46,398 nt of DNA. It comes from Chiloscyllium plagiosum. Taxonomy: Eukaryota. The first letter of the stretch is position 1; each line of letters starts with the position of its first letter. This document shows positions 25,582 through 37,461 of this stretch, one piece after another. The translations under genes and the position numbers were made by a program. The notes beneath the pieces were generated by a model. That model was not told the DNA's origin, searched no databases, and saw only the letters and a list, made by a program, of their open reading frames with translations. The DNA lies in assembly GCF_004010195.1 (NCBI RefSeq), contig NC_057754.1:13298224-13344621 (forward strand). Direction: 5' to 3'.

Positions 25582-26013
25582 CACGGCTGTACCCTCAGCC
25601 CACTACTGTCCTCCCTGTACACCCTAGGCTGTGCCCTCAGCACCTTACTGTACGCCCTGTACACCCACGGCTGTGTCCTTAGCCCCCCCTCCACTGTCCT
25701 CCATGCACACCCACGTCTGTGCCCTCAGCCCCTTACTGTATTCCATGTACACCCACGTCTGTGCCCTCAGCCGCTTACGGTACTCCAGCTACACCCACGG
25801 CTGTCACCTGAGCCCTTTAGTGTGTTCCCTGTTCATCCCACGGCTGTGTCTTCAGCCAACCACTGTACTCCCTGTACACCCACGGTTGTTTCTGCAGCCC
25901 TCTACTGTTCTCCCTGTACTCACATGGTTGTGTCCTCAGCCCCTTAATGTCCTCCCTGTTCAACCACGGCTGTGTCCTCAGTCCCCTACATACACCCTGT
26001 ACAGCCACGGCTG
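25582..26013 (+). repeat. 42-bp minisatellite, about 10 units, derived from an RT motif
   Basis: ggctgt recurs at 25585, 25627 and 25669 (period 42); consensus ggctgtgtcctcagccccctactgtactccctgtacacccac encodes GCVLSPLLYSLYTH. Confidence 0.92.
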
Positions 26014-26560
26014 AGTTTCCAAATTCCAAACAACGCCAGCTACAAGTTCGCTGATGACATCACTATAGTAGTACAGATATTAAACAATAACTCATCAGAA
26101 TCTAGAAAGACGATAGAGAGCTTGGTGGCATGATCTGTTGATAATGACCTCTCTCTCTAATCTGGCAAACATAAAGGACTGATCACTGACTTTAAGAAGA
26201 AAGGAGGGGAACATACCTCATCTACATCAACCGTTTGAGTGAGTGCAGAGCATCAAGTGCATCGGAGTGATGATAACTCACAACCTGTCCTGAACTTCTC
26301 ACATAGATCCGACAGTCGGAAGGTTCAACAATGCCTCTCCATCTTGAGGTCATCCAGGAAATTCAGCATGCGCTACATCTACAGATGCACCATTGAGAGC
26401 GTACTGTCCCGGTGCATAACAGCCTGGTATGGCAACTTCTCTACTCAGGACCGTGAGAAACTATAGAAGGTTGGGTGCACAGCTCTGACCAACACGGACT
26501 CTAACATCCCAACCATCCATTCCATTTACATGGCTCGTTGTCGCAGAAAGGCTGCCAACA
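26014..26560 (+). mobile_element. Rex/Babar-like LINE RT C-terminal remnant
   Basis: YKFADDITIV, then KGLITDFKK and YRCTIESVLSRCITAWYGN, typical of Rex1/Babar RT. Confidence 0.8.
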
Positions 26561-26561
26561 T

Positions 26562-27199
26562 CTAGCCCAGATGACTGAGGGAAGGGAGATAGGAAATAGC
26601 TGGGGCATTAACTGATATCTTTGTAGCATCCTTGAACACGGCTGATGTCATGGAAGACTGGACAATTGTTAATCCCCTTGTTTAAGAAAGGTAGTAGGGA
26701 TACTCCAGTCATTATAGACCGATGAGACTGATGTCAGGGGTAGGTAACCTGCTAGAGAATATACTGAGGGATAGGATCCACTCTCATTTGGATGATAATA
26801 GTCTTATCAGTGATAGACAACATGGTTTTGTGCAGGGAAAGTCATGTCTTAGCAACTCAATAGAATTCTTTGAGGAGGTACAAAGTTGATTGATGAGGGA
26901 GCAACTGTAGATGTCATGTACATGGACTTCAGGAAGGCGTTTTGTATGTTTCCCCACGGTCGGGCTATGGAGAAATTGAAGTCACATGGTGCGCTAGCTA
27001 CGTTGATAGAGAACTGGCTGGGCAACATAAGACAGAAAATAGTAGTGGGAGGGAGTTTCTCAAAATGGTGAACTGTGACCAGTGGTTCCATTTAAGATGT
27101 TTCTGGAAAGATACACGAATGAGAAGAGAGCTAATGGATACAGATCATTAGAAAATAGGCGACAGGTTCAGATAGAAGATTTGGATCGGCGCAGGCTTG
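26562..27199 (+). mobile_element. CR1-type LINE RT fragment and 3' end
   Basis: RQHGFVQGKSCLSN; ORF MIDEGATVDVMYMDFRKAF...PHGR. Confidence 0.85.
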
Positions 27200-27956
27200 N
27201 NNNNNNNNNNNNNNNNNNNNNNNNNNNNNNNNNNNNNNNNNNNNNNNNNNNNNNNNNNNNNNNNNNNNNNNNNNNNNNNNNNNNNNNNNNNNNNNNNNNN
27301 NNNNNNNNNNNNNNNNNNNNNNNNNNNNNNNNNNNNNNNNNNNNNNNNNNNNNNNNNNNNNNNNNNNNNNNNNNNNNNNNNNNNNNNNNNNNNNNNNNNN
27401 NNNNNNNNNNNNNNNNNNNNNNNNNNNNNNNNNNNNNNNNNNNNNNNNNNNNNNNNNNNNNNNNNNNNNNNNNNNNNNNNNNNNNNNNNNNNNNNNNNNN
27501 NNNNNNNNNNNNNNNNNNNNTTGTTTTGTTTTCTTTCTCTGTTTGACTGTCTGTCCTGCTGTTTCCCTCGCTATGTTCTCTCTCTCCTTATACGTATCTG
27601 TCTATTTCTCCCTCGTTGTGATGGTGATGGCGTCTCTATTCTCTTGAAGCATGTGATGGCTCTTTGGTTGGATGTTGACAATAAAATAAACTCAATTGCG
27701 TTTTGGTATCTTGGACATAATTGAAATTTATTGGTTAAATTTCAATTGTTGTCAAAACAGCAAGCAGAACTTGGATGTCCATTTAACAACCAATTCTTAC
27801 ATCTAAATATTTTGGAACTGCTTCCTCTCAGTGCTCTGCATAATGGCAACTGAAAGCATTCTATTCACGTGCATAATAGTGTGACGGTACCAGCTCTTCC
27901 CATGACCATAAGAAACTACAGGCGGTTGTGTGCACAGCCCAGACTATCATGGAAGC

Positions 27957-28881
27957 AAAAACAATGACTGCAGATGCTGGAAACCAGATTCTGGATTAGT
28001 GGTGCTGGAAGAGCACAGCAGTTCAGGCAGCATCCGAGGACAAGCAAAATCGACGTTTCAGGCAAAAGCCCTTCATCAGAAATAAAGGCAGAGAGCCTGA
28101 AGCGTGGAGAGATAAGCTAGAGGAGGGTGGGGATGTGGAGAGAGTAGCATAGAATACAACAGCTCAGTGGGGGAGGAGATGAAGGTGATAGGTCAGGGAG
28201 GAGAGGGTGGAGTGGATAGGTGGAAAAGGAGCTGGGCAGGTCGAACAAGTCCGGACAAGTCATGGGGACAGTGTTGAGCTGGAGGTTAGAAACTAGGATG
28301 AGGTGGGGGAAGGGGAAATGAGGAAGCTGTTGAAGTCCATATTGATGCCCTCGGGTTGAAGTGTTCCGAGGCGGAAGATGAGGCGTTCTTCTTCCATGCG
28401 TCTGGTGGTGAGGGAGTGGCGGTGGAGGAGGCCCAGCACCTCCATATCCTCAGCATAGTGGGAGGGGGAGTTGAAATGTTGGGCCACGGGGCGGTGTGGT
28501 TGATTGGTGCGGGTGTCTCGGAGATGTTCCCTAAAGCGCTCTGCTAGGAGGCGCCCAGTCTCCCCGATGGAGAGGAGACTGCATCGGGAGCAACGAATAC
28601 AATAAATGATATTAGTGGATGTGCAGGTAAAACTTTGATGGATGTGGAAGGCTCCTTTAGGGCCTTGTATAGAGGTGAGGGAAGAGGTGTGGGCACAGGT
28701 TTTACAGTTCCTGCGGTGGCAGGGGAAAGTGCCAGGTTGGGAGGGTGGGTTGTAGGGGAGCGTGGACCTGACCAGGTAGTCACGGAGGGAACGGTCTTTG
28801 CGGAAGGTGGAAAGACGTGGGGAGGGAAATATATCCCTGGTGATGGGGTCTGTTTGGAGGTGGCGGAAATGTCGGCGGAGA
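27957..28881 (-). mobile_element. Penelope-like element, 5'-truncated, with GIY-YIG endonuclease
   Basis: ORF 28293-28892 contains PCHRRNCKTC...FTCTSTNIIYCIRCSRCSLLSIGETGRLLAERFREHL...PVAQHFNSPSH...LGTLQPEGIN. It is inserted in a Rex/Babar-like 3' fragment whose uninterrupted paralog lies at about 45095-45480 (minus). Confidence 0.93.
28044..28084 (-). ncRNA. Minimal hammerhead ribozyme motif in Penelope terminus
   Basis: Minus strand ctgatga-agggc-tttt-gcct-gaaa-cgtc: core intact, stem I weak. Confidence 0.6.
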
Positions 28882-29165
28882 CAAGCTTCCATCCATTTAG
28901 ACTTCTCATTGCCAGCCTTTCGCTGAGATCAAATATCTCTCAAAAACCGGTAATGGTTTCCTACAATTTGTTCCAAAAGGGAGGAGATACAGAGGCTTGA
29001 AAACATGGACCAGTATGCTCAGGAACACCTTCTTCCCCACCGTAATTACACTGACGAATTGAAGTCTCTAACTTTTCAAATAATATTAATCTTGCGAAAG
29101 TCGCTCTTGCTTTGCACACCTCCTGTGCAGCTGTCACCTTGTATGCCTCACTCTGTCTAAGTGGC
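28882..29165 (+). mobile_element. Rex/Babar-like LINE 3' end (continues 27845-27956)
   Basis: Contiguous with 27845-27956 in the paralog at 45095-45480 (minus); RRYRGLK.WTS.LRNTFFP-like remnant. Confidence 0.65.
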
Positions 29166-29287
29166 ATTGAGGCTCAAGGTCTTCACAAGGGCAATCAAAT
29201 AAGTGAACTAATGCTGGCTCAGCCAGCGATACCTATATCCCATTAATAAATTTAAGAAGATGACGACACTCAGGAAGACAGACAGTT

Positions 29288-31394
29288 GGGATCAAATCGC
29301 TTTAAACATGATCTTAGATATATATAGTTTCCCTGAGTATCTGAAAGTAGAGTGTTCCTACAAAACCTTTCATAAGCTGATATGGCGGAAAGTGAAGTAG
29401 CATTAATTTATGTGGGGAAAAAAATCATCTTTCTTGGTAAAAGTGAAAATCCTCTTCGGATTTCGTTTATTTAGCGAAAACAGGACGTAATGGAGGTTTT
29501 TCGGAAAGGGAAGTGGCAAAAAGCGATTTTTTGAAAAGCGGGGTATACATGTACTGGCATGGGCAAGACATTCAGGAAGATGGGAAAAGCCAAAAATAAA
29601 TGAGGTGAATCGCACATTTTATTTCCATCCCAGCTGATCATCATTCCTGTTGTTTGCTCTTTTTCTTCTATCTCTCTCTTTCTCTATCGATTTAGCTCAC
29701 TCCTTCTCCCTTTCAAAGCAGACTTCCCTGTCACCAGCATTATTCACACAATTTTACAACTGTTTTCAGTTCAGGAAAGCTCCGAGCACTTTCTGTTCTT
29801 TGCTTTGCATTTTTTATCCAATTTCAGATCTCCAGCATCTTCTTTTATTTGGTTTAAACTTCAAATTTGTTATTCCATGGGAAGTCGGCATCTCTGCCAG
29901 GGCAGCATTTGTTACTCATCACTAATTGCCCTGATTGTGAGGCCATTCCACAAGCCAATATAAAATCAAACGCATTGATATGGGTCTGAAGTCACACTTA
30001 ACCAAAACCGGGTAGTAACGTTAGATTTCTTTAAGGTCATCAGTGAAACAGCAAGATTTTCAGACAAAATCTGGGTTTTATGGTTGTTTTTCGTGAAATG
30101 CACTTTATTCGAATTCTTATCATTTTTATTGAAGTTCTGCCATCGGCTGTGGCAGGACTTGAAACAAGTCGCTTGAAACGATGTCTTTCGTTTAATAAGC
30201 TTTGCTCCTGAATTATATTCAGCGACATTCCTACTCTGATACATTGTCCTAATCATGAATTAACGTCCGAGACAAGAACAATTTTGAGATTGAAATACTT
30301 GCAACTGGAAAAGTGGCCAGAAGAGAGCTTGAAATATAAAGGGATCAAATCGCTTTAAACATGATCTTAGATATATATTTAGTTTCCCTGAGTATCTGAA
30401 AGTAGAGTGTTCCTACAAAACCTTTCATAAGCTGATATGGCGTAAAGTGAAGTAGCATTAATTTATGTGGGAAAAAATCATCTTTCTTGGTAAAAGTGAA
30501 AATTATCTCGGATTTCTTTTAGTTAGCGAAAACAGGACGTAATGGAGGTTTTTCGGAAAGGGAAGTGGCAAAAAGCGATTTTTTGAAAAGCGGGCTATAC
30601 ATATACCGGCATGGGCAAGACATTCAGGAAGATGGGAAAAGCCAAAAATAAATGAGGTGAATCTCACATTTTATTTCCATCCCAGCTGATCATCATTCCT
30701 GTTGTTTGCTCTTTTTCTTCTATCTCTCTCTTTCTCTATCCATTTAGTTCACTCCTTCTCCCTTTCAAAGCAGACTTCCCTGTCACCAGCATTATTCACA
30801 CGATTTTCCAACTGTTTTCAGTTCAGGAAAGCTCCGAGCACTTTCTGTTCTTTGCTTTGCATTTTTAAAATGCAATTTCAGATCTCCAGCATCTTCTTTT
30901 ATTTGGTTTAAACTTCAAATTTGATATTCCATGGTAAGTCGGCATCTCTGCCAGGGCAGCATTTGTTACTCATCACGAATTGCCCTGACTGTGAGGCCAT
31001 TCCACAAGCCAATATAAAATCAAGCGCATTGATATGGGTCTGAAGTCACACTTAACCCAAACCGGATAGTAACATTAGATTTCTTTAAGGTCATCAGTGA
31101 AACAGTAAGATCTTCAGACAAAATCTGGGTTTTATGGTTGTTTTTCGTGAAATGCACTTTATTCGAATTCTTATCATTTTTATTGAAGTTCTGCCATCAG
31201 TTGTGGTAGGACTTGAAACAAGTCGCTTGAAACAATATCTTTCGTTTAATAAGCTTTGCTCCTGAATTATATCCAGCGATATTCCTACTCTGGTACATTG
31301 TCCTAATCATTAAGTAACGTCCGAGACAAGAACAATTTTGAGATTGAAATACTTGCAACTGGAAGAGTGGCCAGAAGAGAGCTTGAAATATAAA
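29288..31394. repeat. Tandem duplication, 2 x about 1053 bp
   Basis: gggatcaaatcgctttaaac at 29288 and 30341; both copies end gcttgaaatataaa; scattered substitutions and small indels. Each copy includes a minus-strand bipartite SINE remnant. Confidence 0.95.
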
Positions 31395-31719
31395 GTCTGA
31401 ATTTTACCAACGTGCAGACAATGGTTTGTTCAGACACAGCACTGACGCAGAGATGGAGGTTGGGGATATTATGATGTGGTAGTAGACAGGGTTGGTGACA
31501 GAGAGAGCACGAGACATAAATCAATTCATAGCCAAAAGGGATCTTGAGGTTGTCCACAGTTTTGTTCTCATATGTTTGTAAGGGAGTGGTCTGCAATTCA
31601 GATGAATGGAGACTGCAATTTGAATTGAAGGTTATAGTTTCTTTCTCTGACAAATATAGATAAGAGAAATTGCAATGAAGTTCAAAATTGTTTATGGGAT
31701 TAATGAATGGACAGAGGTA

Positions 31720-31885
31720 GAGAACACCAACAATAGAGAGAATAGGTTAGTAACACACCCTCCACCCCGCCCAGAATAATAATCAGTACTGCTGATATCC
31801 GATATGGTAGAAATTCCCAATAGAGGGAAATGTTGAAAAGGCCCAAGGAAAGCCTCCTCTCCATTGGTGTAATTATCCAGTCCAT
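31720..31885 (-). pseudogene. GPR139-like GPCR exon 1 pseudogene (paralog of 7463-7617)
   Basis: MDWIITPMERRLSLGLFNISLYWEFLPYRISAVLIIIL, then a G-rich frameshifting insertion, then CY*PILSIVGV (TAT to TAA at 31749-31747). The splice donor ggtaag present in the + copy is deleted. Confidence 0.75.
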
Positions 31886-33404
31886 TATTCTCAGATTCAG
31901 ATCTGTCCTCTCCACGTCTGTGCAGCTGCTGATCTTTGTTATTGTTCGAGCTGATACATCTGCTCCTACACTGGGATAGCGCACTGAGTGAAGCCCCTCC
32001 CAATAAGAGAGGAAACGCTCCAGTGACACAGTTACAATGCATGGAGACTGATATCAATCACAGTGACTGAGCAAACAGTTCTAGCTTCCAATACAACACT
32101 TTCAGTTTGCAATATAACTGGACTGGACTGGATGCTGACATCACTGGCTATTGGTCACATCTCCCATCACTAATTGCTCTAGTGAAGTCAGTTGTGAGGT
32201 AGAATGATGGATGCTTTCTTATCGCAGGCTAGATGACTCTGCTCTGTTGTACGTTTGCAATGCTGTAACCATCTTATCCCGAATTTCCACCTCTCCACAA
32301 AAAAAAGAAACACAATCAGGACTTGTTACTGTGCTGATCTCTTCTCCACGGGAACATACGCCAGAGAACACACTGTCACTGGGCACAGTTGATCTGCAAA
32401 TAGACAGGAAGTGTGGACTTATCTGAATGTTGCTCTCCCTGCACTAATAAATAATGGACCTTCCATTCATAATATGCTTCAGTAATTAATTTATACAAAT
32501 TGACAAACATCTTAATGCAGTGTTATTTGCTATAAAGCAAAAATGTTTACACTTTTTCCCCTCAGTCCAAAACCAAAAGTGAGCTGATTCTTTAAGACTT
32601 GTGAATTAATGAGTCACATTTGGCTGGGAGATAGGGCAGAATGGGGGCAGTGGCTGTGGAGACTGCATGGGGAGTACAATGATTTTCGCCAGTCATCATC
32701 ACTCTTAACGTCAGATAGAATTAAATATAGTTCACAACAAGGATATTTTATAATTTATATTTTATGTACACACCATTTAATCATTGGGAATACAGATTGA
32801 GTAGGGTCACCGCATCTGAAGCATAAATGTTGATTTCTCTTCACAGATACTGCCAGACCTGCTGAACTTTCCCTCCAAAGTCAGTTTTTTTTTTAGATTG
32901 ATCATATTGTTCATATCTTGCAGGATGCTTACAATTAAAAAACAGATACTAATAACAAAATCTGCAGGGCTATGGGACAATACAGGAGAATAATAGTAGA
33001 GATATCGCTCATTCCAAACTGGAAGAGACAATCGGCTGAGTTTTCACCACTTTGCTGTAATGATTCTATGTTATGCATTGAAAGCTTTTGGAGAGTGGGG
33101 AGACAAGCTTGTTCAATGAAGGACAAGAGTGTTCCATCATCAAAAATCTATCCCGATTATTTCATGGAGTTCAGCTGCCTCTAAAATGCATTTAAAAAAT
33201 AGATTTCCAGAGATTTACAAGATGTTCAGAATTTTGTTTTACTTTCTATCTTAAAGAAGAAACAGATTTCGGCTGTAATTCAGATGTCACAGACACACCA
33301 ACTGTAATAGAAACAAGAAAGGACCACATTGTCCAAATTTCTCTGTTTGACAGGGCTGTAAATATCGATGATGTATTGTATTGTGAGAACTTGTGATGAA
33401 AATG

Positions 33405-33560
33405 TTGAAACAAAACAAAAGTTGCTGTAAATGCTCAGCAGGTCTTGCAGCATCTGTGCAGGGAAATCAGAGTTAACGTTGCATGCCCAGTGCCCCTTCC
33501 TCAGAACTGATGCTAATACGGAAAATGTTGGTTTATATGCAGAAGGGATTGGATGGTGAG
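33405..33560 (-). mobile_element. Penelope-like terminus with broken hammerhead (paralog of 46265-46398)
   Basis: Minus strand cagttctgagga-aggggcactgggcat-gcaacgttaact: GAAA and stem II are mutated relative to the 46.3 kb copy. Confidence 0.65.
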
Positions 33561-34239
33561 ATTGGATGAGAAACCATCACTGTTCAAGAAAATCGGGATC
33601 TGGATTCCATTCAAAATTAAGAAAAGATTTCTTGTACTCTCTCTTCTATCGCTTGATTCTTGTGCAGGTTGTACATGTACTATATAAATCTATATCTTCA
33701 TCAAGTACAGACGACATGGTTTTTTTTTCTCCCCTACTGTGGTGTTTCAACATTTTTGATTTATTTACAGTATGTATTTGCTTCCAATTCAAGGTGGATA
33801 TGAGAATATGGTTTGATCTTCTGCAGTTTGCCTATAACATCGAATTTAATTGAATATTTATCCCCATCACACTCGCTGATTTAAACAAACAATGAATGAG
33901 TCCACGTCCATCCTGCAGATGAAAAAATTCTTCAGCTCTGGCTATTGCAGGGAATGTTACAAAGAACAGTGCCACGTAAAATGCTAATGTTCCAGCGCAA
34001 GGTGCCAAACCCTAGCTTATCCTAAATTATTACAAGGTTTATAAATAAAACATGTGGAGAGGCAGAGTGTAAAAGGTGAATTCAACTCTGTGTCGAAAAT
34101 GCTATTTGTGGCTCCCTCATAAAATGTGTTAATTACATCACTTATAAATTCACCAAAATAGGGAAAGCAAGAAATTGGAATTGTCAAATCATCCTCTTAA
34201 TAACATCTGGAGAACAGGAAGGAAATCACGGGTTGTTTG

Positions 34240-34830
34240 TGATATTCAGCAATGACGATTGTGAGAATGTGGAGGTGGGGATCAGTGGAATGATGATCCA
34301 TGTTGTGGATAACACAAAGGTGAGCTGGATGGATCACAGTCAGGAGGAAAGTGTTAGGCTACAGGAGGATATAACCAAATTATTCAAATAGCCAGAACAA
34401 TGGCCTGATGAAATTTAACACCGATAAATTTGAATGATGCAAGTCAGAAGTAACAAGACAAGTGAGTACCCAAAAGTGAGTATGAAAGAGGACGGCTAAA
34501 TTTGCTTGTTTTTCTTTGCAGCAGGAAAGGTTGAGGAGGGAATATGGTACAGGTGGACAAGAGCATAAGGGGTATGGAATGGATGGACATACAGCAGCTG
34601 TTTTCCTTAGTCAAATGGTCAAAAATAAATGGACTCACTTTTAAAGAGAAAGCGAGGGGTTTGAGAGAGGCTTTGTGGAATGTGTGTCGAACTGAGAGGG
34701 TAGTATGAATCTGGAATGCATTGTCTAAGAGGATAATTAATGCAGGTAACCTCTCAAACGTTTAAAAAAGCCTTTGGATATGCACTTGCTGGCACAGACG
34801 TGATAGGCTTGTTTTTCATTGTATGATTCT
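34240..34830 (+). mobile_element. Degenerate CR1-type LINE RT/3' end
   Basis: Eroded motifs (RLQEDI...W..QW..KFN, ggaaaggttgaggagggaatatg, tggaatgcattgtct). Confidence 0.6.
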
Positions 34831-35513
34831 TTGCAGTGGAGGCCATGAACACTCTGGTATATTCTGAAACAATGAGCAATGGCAGTTGCTGCTTTGTTCC
34901 TTTGACTGTACTCAGTCAGTAGCTATATTACAAAGCAGCAGCATCTCATGCAGCTTCAGCACTTACTCAACCAAAGTCAGCCCAGCCATCTGTGGAAACA
35001 TCCAGGGTAATTCGCACGCTCTGTGCAAGCATTGTCCAACAACAGTACTGATAATATTCTAACTGTTTGCGACCATTATTATAGTTACAGCCATAATTTG
35101 AACACAGCTTTTCCTCCATTATAATACAGACCTCTAGCAATAAGGATGTTATTTCTCTGAAACATAATAAATTATTTCCCAGGTATTCCCTTTGACAAAC
35201 AGCAAGTTTTCCTTGGTTTTTTCTGCCAGTTGATTCTCACAGAATTCCCCACCCCAACCTCTTTCCACTTTATCATTTTCTTGTGCACTGTCTCCCTGAT
35301 CTGAAACACCTCACTCCCTCATAATATCGATAATTTATTCCAACTCCCAACTCACATTTTTGACTGATTTGATTCCTTCTCTCGGCATGGTCATTAGACT
35401 GGTCGTGTCTGATGTCCTATTCACCTCGACCTTCTACTCAGTTCCTGATCTGCTGCTTTGGTTCTCACTCTCTTGGTTTATTCAAATCCATCTGACTTGC
35501 ACTAGCAACATCC

Positions 35514-35836
35514 CCCCCCCCACCCCCGCCCACACACACACACACACCCTACACACACAAGGATGTTGGTGCTCGTCCAGTTAAGATACAACCTGTCTTG
35601 TTTGTACAGGTCCTCGCCTGCCTTGCAAGAGGTCCCATTGATCCAGAAATCTGAAACCCCCACCCTTGAACTAGCTTGTTAACGACATGTTAAGCTATAC
35701 TGTCTTCCTCATCCTTCCCTCTTTTCCACATGGCACGGGGAGTAATCCAGAGATTACACAGGATTGTTTTCTTTCTTTCTCTCTCTCTCTCTCACTCTCT
35801 CTCTCTCTCGCAACAACCCCCCCAACACACACACAT
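35514..35836. repeat. Poly-C/(CA)n and (CT)n/(CA)n microsatellites
   Basis: C-run and CA repeats at about 35514-35560; CT and CA repeats at about 35770-35836. Confidence 0.85.
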
Positions 35837-35959
35837 TCAGAAGACAGAAAGACAGACACCAAATTACTTTGCAGAAGAATACAAATAACCTTAAAATAAT
35901 TGGTATGATAATTGGAATGAAGGATTTAGTTAAAGGGAGGATGAGAGAAATTGCGCTTC

Positions 35960-36435
35960 TTCTGGATGTCAGTTTGCTCGCTGAGCTGGAGAGTACATTT
36001 TCAGATGGTTCATCACTATACGAGGGAACATTATCAGTGAGCATCTGGTGAAGTGCTGGTGTTATGTTATGGTTGCTATTTATGTGTTTAGGTTTCCTTG
36101 AGTCAGTGATATAATTTCCAGTATTGGTGGTTTTATGTCCAGTTCTTTTTCTCAGGGAGTGTTAGATGGAATCAAAATCGATGTGTTTGTTGATCGAGTT
36201 CAGGTTCGAATACTCTGCTTCTCGGAATTCTCGTGCGTGTTTCTGTTTGGCTTGTCCTAGATGGACCCAGTCGAAATGGTGTACTTCCTCATCTGTATGT
36301 CAGGATACAGTGGGATATAGTCATAGTGGTCCATGTCTTTTTTTCTGGATAGCTGTTGTTCATGTATCCCGGTGGATAGTTTTCTGCCTGTTTTCCCAAT
36401 GTCGTGTTTGTTACAGTTCTTGCAAGGCTTATTCT
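35960..36435 (-). mobile_element. Degenerate Penelope-like (Poseidon-type) GIY-YIG fragment with terminus
   Basis: Minus ORF KPCKNCNKHDIGKTGRKLSTGIHEQQL (YIG.TGR.L..RI.EH pattern), then LGQAKQKHAREFREAEYSNLNSINKHIDFDSI; eroded hammerhead ctgataa...gaaccatc at 36001-36041. Confidence 0.8.
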
Positions 36436-37461
36436 TCCAGGAGGAGAACACACAAATATGTGAACTTATTGCGGTGCTCATACGTATGAAAAAAAGTTGT
36501 AGAGTAAAACAGGAATACTCTGTTTCCGTTAGTTAGCATTACAGCATCATTGATTTCTATTTTCAAGATTTTTAGCAAAAGATCCAGGTTTGAGATAAGG
36601 AAAAACGTCTTTATTGAGAGAGTTGTTAGGGTTTGGAATGGACTGCCTGGAAGATTTGTGGATGAAGATTAAAAAGTGATCTGGATGTGTATTTGGAAAT
36701 ATGAATTTAACAGGTTGCAGAGATAGGGCTGGCAAATGGGAAGGGCTTTGGAGACATTCCTGGAGCCGATGCACACACAGTGGCCAATGGCCTCCTCCAG
36801 TACTTTAACCTTTTGCACTCTATCATGTGTCTGACGTGAATAAAAGTCAGTATTCCGATTATTTCCCATTGGAAATGCTCGCGCATATCTGATTATTTAG
36901 TGCAGCATAAGCATTGAAAATGCAAGTATTGCAAGACCATCTTCATTACATACTCTAATTATTACTGAGAACATGAATATTTTAAACGTTGTAGTCCAAT
37001 TACGAAAACAAATCTGTCATTGCTTTGGCACAGGTCTCTTTGAAAAGGTCTGACTTATCACTCACACGATAATATGTTTATCTTTTCTGTTCACTGTCTG
37101 CATTTCAAATTAAATAACATTCTTTTTCTAAAATTTAAACGTTTTCAAATTATTGTTCAATAAAATTTGATAACACAAATCAATTATTTACTTTAATATT
37201 CACAGTGCATGTTGAATTATAGCCATTTCTAATTCGCTGGCAAATAGCTGAAGCTTGTACATTTCAGTGAGAAATTAAACTGATTGATTGTTTATAAATG
37301 TATAAGAAAGCTAATTCTATTTGATTGTTCCATTGTTTGCTCACCCTGAACATGTAATCATTCAGAAGCCAACCACTTTCAAAATGTTGGAGTGACAAAG
37401 CATTGTTTTGAATCCTGACATTGTGTATGTAATTCTGATCGCCAAAAAAGTTACATCCATG

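Noticed and set aside
24622..25694. Long ORFs of 150-320 aa here and at 9191-9934, 16151-16825 and 27082-27724
   Set aside because: They are artefacts of reading through N runs.
25582..26013. CRISPR array or repetitive protein gene
   Set aside because: Units are contiguous with no unique spacers, the context is eukaryotic, the units derive from a LINE RT motif, and indels break the frame.
32400..32430. DRKCGLI as the GKCGLS motif of GPR139-like exon 2
   Set aside because: It is followed at once by a stop, with no upstream TM1 remainder or downstream TM2 similarity.
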